64,000 nucleotides of DNA from the NCBI RefSeq assembly GCF_009914755.1, contig NC_060926.1. One strand, written 5' to 3'. The translations under genes were made by a program, and so were the position numbers. This document shows positions 1 to 14,500 of this stretch, piece by piece; position 1 is the stretch's first letter, and each line of letters opens with the position of its first letter. Source of the stretch: the human T2T-CHM13v2.0 reference genome, Homo sapiens. The notes beneath the pieces are model-generated. The model saw nothing but the letters and a program-made list of their open reading frames with translations. It ran no database searches and was not told the origin of the DNA.

Positions 1-692
1 AACTTCTCTAAAGGTGCATAAAGTATTTAATATTTTGCCTAAAAGTGTAGATCTAACTCCTCCTGAAGTCTGTATCTTGCTGTCAGCCCTCACAATTTGT
101 GTGGTCAGAAGAGCTGTTGGCATGTATGTCATCTCAGCTGCAGTGGCTCCAGGATGCTAGAATTTAAAACCGTACCTTTGAATCACTCACTATACTATTA
201 AATCACTTCTCTTTATTCAACTCTAATCTGACAGGTTCTTGAAATGGTACAGAAATCATAATCACTGATTTTTTTCCTAAGTCATTTTTTAACCAAAAAA
301 TTACTCTTACCTTTTGAAAAAAATTACAAATGTATAATCTGTTCATGTCAAGGAAGTGCATTATTTTTCTCACTATTTCTTATATTCCCCACCTCTTGCA
401 AACACACACACTGCAATATATATACACCATACACACATGCACACACACACCCCAAATTTATTGTCTGGATGTAGAAGCTCACTACCCAATTAACACTTTT
501 TTTCCCTTACAAGCTGAAACTAGCAGTAATTTATGGCACCGCATTGTGCTGCTGCTTCTCCATGGGGGGAGCTGAGAGCATTTCTCTTCAGTACAGAGCA
601 ATCCCCACAGGTGTCAGCTGAGAGCCACCAAGCTAGGGTATCCCACTTCAAGTTCCTCCCAGATGAAATTGATGACTGGTTCTCTCTCTTTC

Positions 693-693
<1 letters not shown>

Positions 694-730
<37 letters not shown>
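694..730. repeat. (CA)n microsatellite
   Basis: Perfect AC dinucleotide run. Confidence 0.97.
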
Positions 731-732
<2 letters not shown>

Positions 733-2132
733 GTGGGTGTGCGCACATACACACTGCCCACTAGCAAAAGGAAATAAAAATCTCAGTTGCTTATTTATTA
801 TGGCTGATACATTCCACACCATCAGCAATCACCAGTCATATCTTGTCTTCTCCTATATCAAACCCGAGGAAAGAGGCTCGTCAAATCATCTGAAATAGCA
901 TATTATTCAGTATACTTTCATATTTTAAGTGGACTCAGGAATCTGCTAAATTTTCAGTCATTTGCAAAATAAATCTGGAATATCATGATCAAGAGTAGTG
1001 CTTTGAACCCTTTCTCAAGCTCATGTGTTAGAAAACCTTTTTTTTTTTCTTGTGTGTGTAACTCTGTTGGAGCCAATTATTGTATTAATTAATGTTACAT
1101 TGATCACATAACCTTTTTTCTCCCGTCCCTCCTGCCCTCCTCCACTAATGCACACCTTGACAATTTTAAGGGATGGTGGAAGAGAGAAAAACCGTAGAGC
1201 AATATATATGTACATATAGATATATATACATTCTTATCACAGGGAGGTTAACTGGTTTTCCCAGTTCTTGGAGGAAGCTCATTGTATGTGAGCGAGTATC
1301 TGTATTTATATGGAGAAAAGAGGATTCTCTCTAGGTGCCAGAAAGACCTGGCCAGTTCACAAATTAGAGGATGAAATAAAGGGATCTGAAAAACATCCTT
1401 ACTGCAGCCAAAAGAAGAAGCGCTCTAATTCAAAAGCAGACTAACAGCATCATTAATCTTTTCTTTCATTTCTAGAATCAAATTCATCCCAAGTCACTAG
1501 GAGGATCAATACAGTACGCTCATCGGCTGCAGTTGCATATTTTAATGTTTCTGATATCACACACACATACACACCTACACCTTTCCATGCACCCTTCAAT
1601 ATATATATATATCTTCATAAAGAACATGAAATCTCTGAGAGAAATTTTAGAAGTGCTTATTATTTCACCCCTGGCTTTTGCAAAGTCTCTCAATACCAAT
1701 GCACAGCCAAAATTCTCTCTGGCTTTCCCACCCAGTCTCTAAGCTCCATCTCTAATACCAGTGCAGTTTCTTGGAGCTCGGGGTCTACTGCACAAATTAA
1801 CGATGGGCACAGTGTGGGGCTGATGAGGTAGGGAAGGAAATATATGGAGAGATATTTTATTGCTTTGATATCTAGCCTGTCTCTTATTTTCTTTCTTTTG
1901 CTAATACATCACTGCATTCAGCCTTTAAGTTACTACCCCAGTTCCACCATCTCTTCTTGCCATCTATTTAAAAGGCTTCATGCAAAACAACCAAGATCTA
2001 CACTCCTCCACCCTCCCACCACCCATCTTTCCCTGTGTATTTGTGGCAGATCCTGGCTCAGTTACAATGGGGAAAGATATCCTTCTTCAGCTTGCCTCGC
2101 CCCATCCCCTCCCCCCAACCCAAATTGAGCTT

Positions 2133-2141
2133 CTTTACCTG
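2133..2141 (-). other. 5' splice donor of putative first exon (last exon base 2139)
   Basis: Reverse complement reads CAG|GTAAAG at the transition from GC-rich to AT-rich sequence. Confidence 0.65.
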
Positions 2142-2308
2142 CCCGGTTATTCCCCTCAGCTCGAGCCAGAGCCTGAAGCATGCATCGGTCAAAGCGAATT
2201 TCCTGAGGTCTATGGATAAGGCGACTGCTGCTGCCTTTTCAGAGGCGTCAGGCTTGAGCGTCTATCTCCAGGAGTGCGGGAGGGGAGAACAGGCAACGGA
2301 GGGGAGCA

Positions 2309-2347
2309 GGAGGAGGAGGAGGAGGAGAAGGAGGAGGAGGGGGAGGA
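2309..2347. repeat. (GGA)n tract
   Basis: (GGA)6 GAA (GGA)3 GGG (GGA)2. Confidence 0.95.
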
Positions 2348-2399
2348 GAGGGAAAGAGCTGGGAAGGAAAAGGCGGTGGTGGAGCCTGAGAAGGCTGGG

Positions 2400-2410
2400 T
2401 TACGTGACGC
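2400..2410. promoter_or_regulatory. CRE-like / bHLH-PAS composite element
   Basis: TTACGTGACGC contains TCACGTAA (minus strand), a TACGTG core and an overlapping TGACG half-CRE. Another CGTCA half-site lies at 2246-2250. Confidence 0.55.
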
Positions 2411-2453
2411 CGGGTGCTGTCCTTCTGAAAGAGAAGGGCGGAGCTGAGCTCTC

Positions 2454-2474
2454 CGCAGTACCATGGAGAGCGGC
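2454..2474 (+). promoter_or_regulatory. RE1/NRSE (REST-binding) element
   Basis: CGCAGTACCATGGAGAGCGGC vs consensus TTCAGCACCACGGACAGCGCC. Both half-sites are present with the canonical 2-bp spacer. Confidence 0.7.
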
Positions 2475-2657
2475 GGGCCCGTCCTTTGGCTGGGGAATGG
2501 GTGGGCTCGGCCCGTGGTCGCAGCCCCTCCAGGTCTGGATGCTGCGGAGCGAGGTGCTTTTACCTTTGCATCGTCCCCTTGCAGGGGGAGCCTGATCCTG
2601 GGGGCGGGGACCTTCCGCAAGCGCTTCTAACTTGTCACCACCCTCTCTTCCCCATCG

Positions 2658-2662
2658 GAAAG

Positions 2663-2715
<53 letters not shown>
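2658..2715. repeat. (GAAA)/(GA)n polypurine microsatellite
   Basis: Short GAAA repeats followed by a perfect AG run. Confidence 0.97.
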
Positions 2716-2720
<5 letters not shown>

Positions 2721-3134
2721 CGAACACGAACCAGAGAACCACGTAGCCTACTGAGCATGCCCAGGCCCCTGCTAGACCCATGGAAAGCTGTATGGAGATT
2801 CCACTTCTCCGGGGTTTGGTAGTGATTGGGCGGGGATACCTGAGAGGGTGCCAGGAAAGGGTCCAGCAGTCAAAGAGAAGGGGCCAAGGAGTCGATAATT
2901 ATGATGAGCTCTGGCTTTACTTGTGCACCTTGGTCTCCTGCTCGGAACCCTTGAAAAGAAGCTGCAGCTTTTCGAGGAATGCAGGGGCAAGCAAGACTCA
3001 CACAGGCACTGGCATTCTTCTAGATCCGATGTCCCTTGCCCCACCCCTTACTGTGGCTCTGCCTTGGGTAATCACAACAAATCTTCATGACTTGCCTAGG
3101 CTGTGCCAAAAAGATGTAAAAGGAACCCACCAGG

Positions 3135-3286
3135 GTAAGATGCCAACTTGCAGACGACGATCAACTGTGTCTGACAAGGTGCTTTTTACTGCAGCCTGTC
3201 GTCATTCTCCAGCCTTCTGTGCTCTGTCTTGAACCAAGTTTTCTACCTGTTTAACTCTTCCCTCCGTCTCCTCCTCCCTTTTGCAG
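3135..3286 (+). other. Candidate 152-nt GT-AG intron of a divergent (plus-strand) transcript
   Basis: Donor CAGG|GTAAGA, branch-like TTTAAC ~3250-3255, ~27-nt pyrimidine tract and TTGCAG| acceptor. Confidence 0.4.
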
Positions 3287-3800
3287 CTGGTAAAACCTGG
3301 TGAAAGTAAAACTGGGTGTGAGGCTCTAACCATGCAACTGGGCATGCCCAATAGGCATTGCTGGGTTTGGTGAGAAAGGGGTTAAATCTAAGGGAGCTTA
3401 CAGATTAGGTGGTAGAGGAGTTCGGGGTCTGTGGCTTTAAATTATGGTTTGCACCCTATGGACATTTAAATTCCTATTCCTGTATATTCCTAGCCTGGGT
3501 TAGTTTTGGAGCAGATACAGACATTTTTATTGCAACGCCACAGACCTAATAGTCTGAACCTCAAATACTGTAAGGCAAGACTATTTTTGGCCTCCAGGCC
3601 CTATAGAGCAAGAATTTAAGAACTAGATAAATTTGGGAACATCAAAATAATATATATTACAATTACAATATGTATATTCTTCCAAAAAACTAGAACTCAT
3701 TCCTATGATAAGCCGATTTATACTTTCACTACTTTTGTAAAAGGGTCTAAATAACCTGAAGGCGGGTATCACAGGTTTTAATATGTTTATCGCCCTTAGA

Positions 3801-4000
3801 GAGGCAGTTTTGTCAAGTGGTTACATGTTTGGGAAATAGATTGTCTGAGCTTCAATTCAATCTCTGCCATTTATTAGTTGTAACCTCAGCAAGATACTTA
3901 ATCTTATGCTGCCTCAGTCACCTCATCTGTAAAATGGATATAATAATAGCTCCCTCTTCATGTGTTTGATGTTGTGAAGATGAAATGAATAAATAAACAT
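3801..4000 (+). mobile_element. MIR SINE
   Basis: MIR core GCCTCAGTCACCTCATCTGTAAAATGG..ATAATAATAG. Confidence 0.8.
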
Positions 4001-5059
4001 AACATATTTGGAATTGTGGATTCCAAATTGTGGAATTTTGGCTATATTTATCAACTACAACCCACTCTGTGTTCTGTTTGACTCAATGGAAGGAATTTCT
4101 CTGAAACTCGAATTCTTTGACTATAAAATAGAGGTATTAGTCATTGTCAGCTTATTCCATAAGATTGCTTTGGGAATGTAATGAAATAATAGCTGTTAAC
4201 ATGATTCTTAAAACAAAAATTTAATTTTAAATGATGTAAAACTAAGACTCAGAAAATTACTTATCTAAATTATTCATTCAGTGAACTTGAAACAAAAAAA
4301 CAGTCTAGTTAATTCAGGGCCTTTTTCAATTTTTCCTACCATTAGGTTATAGGACAAATAGTACAGAAGGTACACCGCGATGTGTTTAGTATAGAGCTAA
4401 AGCTTATTGCAAAAGTAAGTGGAATGGACAGCCCACTTTCAAAAATCAAGTCTAACTTGGTTCCATGATGCTCTTAAGATCTGGTGTGAACATGCATCAG
4501 TGAACATTATGGTAGTGCTAGAGGCACTCTTAAGAGTCAAAGCACTGCCTTTTACCTGGATTCATAAAAACTCATTATTTACCACCAGTGCATGTGATCT
4601 GAACAATTTCCTACTTTATTTCATTTCGTCTTTGTGAATTTTTATTTTATCTTTAATTGGGCTACACAGTGTTTCCACTGAATCAAGGTTTTCCTTGAGA
4701 TGTCTTCTGTGGTGTTTTGATTTAAAAAAAATGTTGACATTCTTATGCTGCATGTGTGAATTTTCAGATTAAAAAGACCAGTGTTCCCACATCTCTTCAC
4801 CACTGCCTCCCTGACACACACACACAAACTATATAAACTGAAGGAATAGATGATGTATTGGAGTAATCCCCTTTGCAATCAGGTTTAAGGTACTTACTGT
4901 ATGTAGTCCAAGGAAGTGGACAGCCCCAGGATCTTTTTTTTTTCAGTAAATATGCATAGAGAAAAGTATCAGTTTGTAGCTTAGAATGCAAATATCACAA
5001 CATAATTTAATGATAAAAGTTGTTAATTTATTTTAAAGTATGAGTTTTTCTGTTGTTTC

Positions 5060-5400
5060 TCCATAAATTACTTCAACTCTCTAAGTGGCAGTTTTGTCAT
5101 CAGTAAAATAAAGATAATGGCATCTCCATTTATATGACTTGGTGGAGATAATGTCAACATTGAATGTTAATTTTGTGCCTACTCCTCGCCAAACAGTGCT
5201 CCAAGTGCTTTACTTACATTAACTTATTCTAACCTCACAGCAACTCTAAGAGGTAGGTTCTAGGATTTCACTCATTTTACCAATGAGAAAAAGTGAAGCA
5301 TAGAGAGATTAGTCCAGATAGTCAAAGTCTAGTAAGCAAGCAACAGTGTGAGGAAAAATCCAAACTCAATTCTGTAATCTTAACCCCCTTGCTACACTGA
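5060..5400 (-). mobile_element. MIR fragments (short plus piece, then minus copy)
   Basis: CATTTTACCAATGAGAAAAGTGAAGCATAGAGAG and AACCTCACAGCAACTCTAAGAGGTAGG match reverse MIR. Confidence 0.7.
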
Positions 5401-8264
5401 CTTTGAACGGATCATCAGATATACCTAGCAAAGTGCTTGGCAGAATGCAGATGCCCGTAATTGTTCATTCCTTTTCCTTTCTAAGACTTTCATCAAGAGG
5501 AGTCTAGGAAACTAAACAGTCAACTCCAGAATTTTGCCATAACATTCCTTAATGACTAATACTGTATGAAATATATGATATTCATGTACTTTGTTACATA
5601 TTATAGGTGACGTGTTTTCAATGTTACTACCTTTTTTGTTTGTTTCTGGGCAAGATGTGAGGTGATTCCTGTAGATCTGAATTTGAAGCAATCTAACATT
5701 TGTAAGAACAATCTAGTATTTTTCTAGAAGGTGGGAAGTAGGATTAATTCCTCCTGAATCACCTTAGGGAATCTACTAATTTTAGGCTACAGAAATATGT
5801 TAAGGATTTCAACTCCTGCCCCTAGCTACCACTCAGAACAAATGAGGTAACTGCGAAATCAAGGTGCTTGTTTATGATTATGTCTGATTGGGAGAATTTG
5901 TGGCAACCCAAATATGGAAACATAAATAATATCTCATGCCATAAACTGGTAAACATTTTGCATCAATGAAAATGGAAATGCATGCTCACCTAAAGCAAGT
6001 ATATTTCCATAGGTTATTAATATTAATGAGAATTCTAACATGGAGACTAATGCTACACTAAAAATAAATGAAACTAAGTAGTAAGATTTTTTTTGACTGA
6101 GAAACGAATGCAGCAGAGATGCTCTGTGTTTATTGCTGCAATCAGACCCTGTGCTTTAACATTAGGAAATCAATGTAAACACCTACTTTCTCAATTAACA
6201 TTAAGGTAAAGTGGAAGCTTTGAGATACCTATGAATTCCAATATTGATATCAGTTATGAAGGGTGCTTTACTGATATAAGGGGTAGAAGAAGAAACACAT
6301 GGTAACAATGAGGAAAAATACCAGTTGATATACATTAAATGCATTTTCACTTAAGATGAGAAACAACTCAAAAAAAACAGTAAGATTTATCGCTGAGGGG
6401 ATTTTCTATTTACTGTCCTATAGATGATCAAAATGAAGCCACTTTTACTAAAATAATCACAGTATCAGGAAAATATTACGTGCTAATTCAACTAAATTTC
6501 AGATTGCTATCAAATTTCTCTAACCAATTACATTATCAGTGCTGCACAATTGGAATTCTATTGTTTAGCTCATGACTTTATTTTAATAATATAATCCATT
6601 TTTTGTTTGCAGTTAAATGTCTCTAGTTTTCTTTATATGAACCAATTAGAGTTTTCTGGTTACAAAAGTTTAAGAATAGATATTGAACATGCTGCCATAT
6701 AAAATTTATTTTACAACTAGATGAATTTAAAAATGCAAGGAAATGTAATCAAGTCTAGGGTTTGAGACTCAGCTATAAAATGGAATAAACAGACTAGGAT
6801 TTACATGTACAAAAAGACACATAATTTCCTATTAAGCTTACTAAGTAACTTTCAGGAGAAATAAGCAAACTCAGTATGTTAAATACTTTCTTACTACTTG
6901 AAAAAATCTTAAACATAGTAAAATTAGGCTACTTTTCCTTGAGTATGTAAATTTTCTGTAATCAGAAGGTAGAATGTGATTTAAAATGGCTGCAAATCAT
7001 TAATGTAATGATAATTATTAAGGTATCAAGCAGCAGTAGAGAAAGCACGTAGATAGGTCCTTGAGAACAGTAGTTAAGTTTTGAACGATGCACCTGCTAG
7101 AAAGGCTTCAATGTGGAAACCCTGCAGCGTGTTTGATGGGCAGTGTTTTTAAATCTAGGGCAGCACTTACACCTGAGTGTGTTCCTCTGTGTTTACTTCC
7201 ACCCCTCCTTCCCCCACAATGAGGAAAAATCTTTCTGAGGAAGAATAGCTGTCGCTAGATGAAGTCTGTGAAAAGTCCCTGCCAGAGGGTTTATGTTTCC
7301 TCGATCAGTGATTTAGTTGCACACTTCAGCCTGTCATTATTACCCCCTCTAATGACTTATTTCTCTTCCTGTGAACAGAACTTTCTTCCCCACAACCTAA
7401 CTCTACACTCAAGCCTGCCATTCTCAACTGCTAGGCTCCAGAAAAGGAATTATCTCATTCATCACAATGTGGCTTCCAATTTATTTTTATTGGGTGCCTG
7501 CAACTAGTTAATCTGTTTAATTTAGCCAGTGCTATTTAATATTCCTTACTATGACTTTTAAGAAAAGAGCAAGGGATTTGTGATGAGTTATGGATGTCAG
7601 TGAAATTCAAGAGTCTTATTATAATATCTTTGCTTCTTTTTAGCCTATTTCTGCCCCCTAGAAATCTGTGGAATCAATTTTCTGTGATGGCATCTCGAAA
7701 CATTTTGTGGTTTGCTTTTAAAACACATCCTATTTGATTTTATGTTGGGCTTATGGATTTTTAAAAATATTCAATTCTTACCAGTTTTCCAGCTACTGCC
7801 CTCCTCCTACTTAATATAGCTTTAAACCTCATTTTTTTTTCAGAGTTTTCTTCTCATTTTTGTTTGCCTTTCTCATCCATTTGTCCTACTTACATTTTTT
7901 CATTTAATACTACAGACACCCACAGAGATAGATATCTTAAGAATACAGAAAGTTGTAGATATTTTATTGTAACTTCACAAATTAGAGCAATAATACCCGC
8001 ATTTTATGTAAAAAAAAAAAAAATCTTAGGTTTTTGAAGAGACTCGTGAAGCAGAATAGGGAAGAGTTTTATTTTGATAAGAGTTTTTCTCTTGCTGAGG
8101 AAAGAAGATCAGTGAAATAGGAATAAACTACATCCTTAAGTATATGCTTGATGTACACATCCCATTGAATGAAGTTATAGTACAGTAGAGGCACTTTAAT
8201 TTTCTCTAGAACAAGGAGAGCAGACTGCAATGCTTAACAGTGTCTGGTGTTTGACATACATGAG

Positions 8265-8570
8265 TGAGGTAGGCAAACTGGGAAAACAATGAGGATTGGC
8301 AGACAGTGTGGACACCTAAAATGTTCATACTTCTCTAAAAATGGCGTTCACTCTGCGGCCGCAACAGCTTGTGACCATGTGAGTCTGGTGTTGCCAGATC
8401 CTACGATTTTACAAGAGCAGCTGGAAATCTGAAATGTTATGTAAAATCTTCTGATTTTAAAATCTTGGCTTATTAAAAAATAATCACCACTACTACCACA
8501 ATACTGTGCAGGACAAAATAGACTTCTCTGCTGGTTGGAAATGGCACACAGCCTACCAGTTTGTTCCCTT
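8265..8570 (-). mobile_element. MER102-like hAT-Charlie DNA transposon
   Basis: GTTGCCAGATC..GATTTT..CAAGAG..GCTGGAAATCTG internal motif; degenerate terminal inverted repeats GCAAACTGG / CCAGTTTG. Confidence 0.6.
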
Positions 8571-8879
8571 CACAGCTTTGTATACACGTACACATGCAAA
8601 CTCATAATCATGGGTGGTTATTCTCTCTAGTAAACATTTCAAAAGATTGATTTACATGTTCTAAATTCAGCCAAGCACATAGGATAGATAAAACAGTACA
8701 GTTGCTATTAAAAGTTGACCTTTAGAACATGAAGATAATTGTTTTGAGTAGTTTGGTATGTTACAAGAAGCACTGAATTCTGAGTTATATGTGTTTCTAG
8801 CTGCAGCCTTATTACTTGCTTTGTATGGCAACAGAGACAAATCTCTTAGCTTCTCCTATAGTAGTACCTGCATGATATA

Positions 8880-9348
8880 TGTTGGGAGTTGAATTGTCCC
8901 CCTAAAAGATATGTTGAAGTCTTCACCTTATCTATGAATGTGACTATTTGGAAATAGGGTCTTTGCAGGTGTAATCAAATTAAGATAAGGTCATACTGGA
9001 TTAGGGTGTGCCCTAAATCCAGTGACAGGCATCTTTAAAAGGAGAGACACATTTGAAAACACAGAGGAGATATAAGAAAGAGAATCATGAAGACAAAGAC
9101 AAATTGCAGTGATATAACTATATAGCCAAGAAATGCCAGGTAATGCCAGCAACCAGCAGACTACTCAAAGAGAGGCATGGAACAGATTTTTCCTAGGGAA
9201 AGAACCAACCTGGCTGACACCTTGATTTTAGCCTTCTAGCCTCCAGAATTCCGAGAGAATAAATGTTTTATTGTTATAAAAACCACCCAGTTATATTTTA
9301 AACCACCCAATTTGTGATAGTTTATGATAAACCTGGGAAACTAGTACA
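8880..9348 (+). mobile_element. MaLR solo LTR (MLT1B/MLT1C-like)
   Basis: TG...CA ends; TTTGGAAATAGGGTCTTTGCAG, GCTGACACCTTGATTTT and CCTCCAGAA..GAGAATAAAT motifs. Confidence 0.85.
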
Positions 9349-9466
9349 GGATGCATGATAGAGGATGGAAAAATATAGTTATGCATAATACTATTATAAG
9401 AGACCATTTGGCAGATGATTTTACATATATATTTCTTTATCCATTACAACCTTGAAAATTAGACAT

Positions 9467-9521
<55 letters not shown>
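9467..9521. repeat. (TC)n(CA)n compound microsatellite
   Basis: Direct reading. Confidence 0.97.
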
Positions 9522-9523
<2 letters not shown>

Positions 9524-9850
9524 CTTGCTCTCACTTTCATTCTCTTTGTCTTTCAACCAACTATGGCTTGGAGATGCTACCCATCTTGCCTTCAAACTTG
9601 TAGACCGCTCCTGATAGAGTGAGGACCAAATCTTTCTGAAACTAAAGTCCATATTCTTGTTCACTGTACCATTCTATTGTGGTACTTTTCAAATGTAGAA
9701 AACTATAAATATAAGATACAGACATTATTCTAGAGTCTACTTTTTGAGAAATTGAATATAAGAAGAGAAATCACAATAGAGACAGCAAGAATACGTCACC
9801 CTAAACAGATACATCTCGATACATTTTAGGTAGAAATAAATCTTGGATAG

Positions 9851-10389
9851 TGCGGGACAATTCTCCAGGAAGCTTTTAATGCACTGAGTTCCCCCTGCCT
9901 TTTTCTTCTAGTTCTCAAGAATAATGACAGAATTTGCTGAGAATGCAATATCTTGAAATAGAGAGGAATGCGTGAAATAGCCCAGGCCTTGGCTCCTGTT
10001 CCCCCTAGGAAATATAACATCTTCAGTTATGAATTAACTGCCTGGGACAGCCCAGGCTTTGCTCCTCTCTCTCCAGGAAGTAGGACGTCCTTCAAATTGT
10101 TGCCCAGTGAGTTCCATGGCCCTTTAGATATATAACCCAGGGCGGACTGCCTTTTAAGGTCTGTCAGCTGTGGGGCAAGTGGGCCACTCACAGCCAAGGC
10201 TCCATCCATTCTAGGCAGTTTTCTTGGGGCTTGGGGGACCTGTTTACAATGGATCCCAGGCATCTGTTGTCCCTTGCTTCCGATTTGTAAATAATAAATC
10301 TCCATCATGTAACTTGTTGTTTATGAGTGTGCTCTGTCTCATCAAACTCAGACAAGTTGGTAACCAGTGCAAAGTGAACCTGCTTTCCA
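9851..10389 (+). mobile_element. ERVL solo LTR (LTR47-like)
   Basis: TG...CA ends, TATATAA box (~10129), AATAAA (~10293), 5-bp flanks GATAG/AATAG (degenerate TSD); resembles recalled LTR47 consensus. Confidence 0.7.
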
Positions 10390-10469
10390 AATAGGATGTT
10401 AGGATAAGAAAAAAGGAATATTCTAGATTTCTAGTGATTTAATACTGGCAGTATGTTTAAATAAACGTA

Positions 10470-14500
<4,031 letters not shown>

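Larger units (their letters stand above)
2139..2760 (-). promoter_or_regulatory. GC/CpG-enriched promoter and probable non-coding first exon of an unidentified minus-strand gene
   Basis: Only CpG-dense non-repeat segment in an AT-rich window. Contains a GC box (GGGCGGAG 2436-2443), CRE-like and RE1 motifs, and a minus-strand donor GGGCAG|GTAAAG at its downstream edge. Confidence 0.75.

Noticed and set aside
2035-2595. 186-aa plus-strand ORF with poly-Arg, and the overlapping 136-aa minus ORF with poly-Ser
   Set aside because: Products of the GGA repeat and high GC (few stops) in the promoter; no recognisable domain.
1-2760. Naming the gene (considered BDNF, GRM5, GPR85, DCX, PPFIA2)
   Set aside because: Recalled UTR, exon or neighbouring-gene sequences did not match, and no coding exon is in the window, so no symbol is given.
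2486-3232. ORFs 2486-2746 (ERERER) and 2780-3232 (150 aa)
   Set aside because: The first translates the (GA)n repeat. The second has no recognisable homology and reads through the predicted donor.
2753-3350. p53-type decamers GAGCATGCCC (2753-2762) and GGGCATGCCC (~3340-3349)
   Set aside because: Isolated half-sites ~580 bp apart with no adjacent second decamer.
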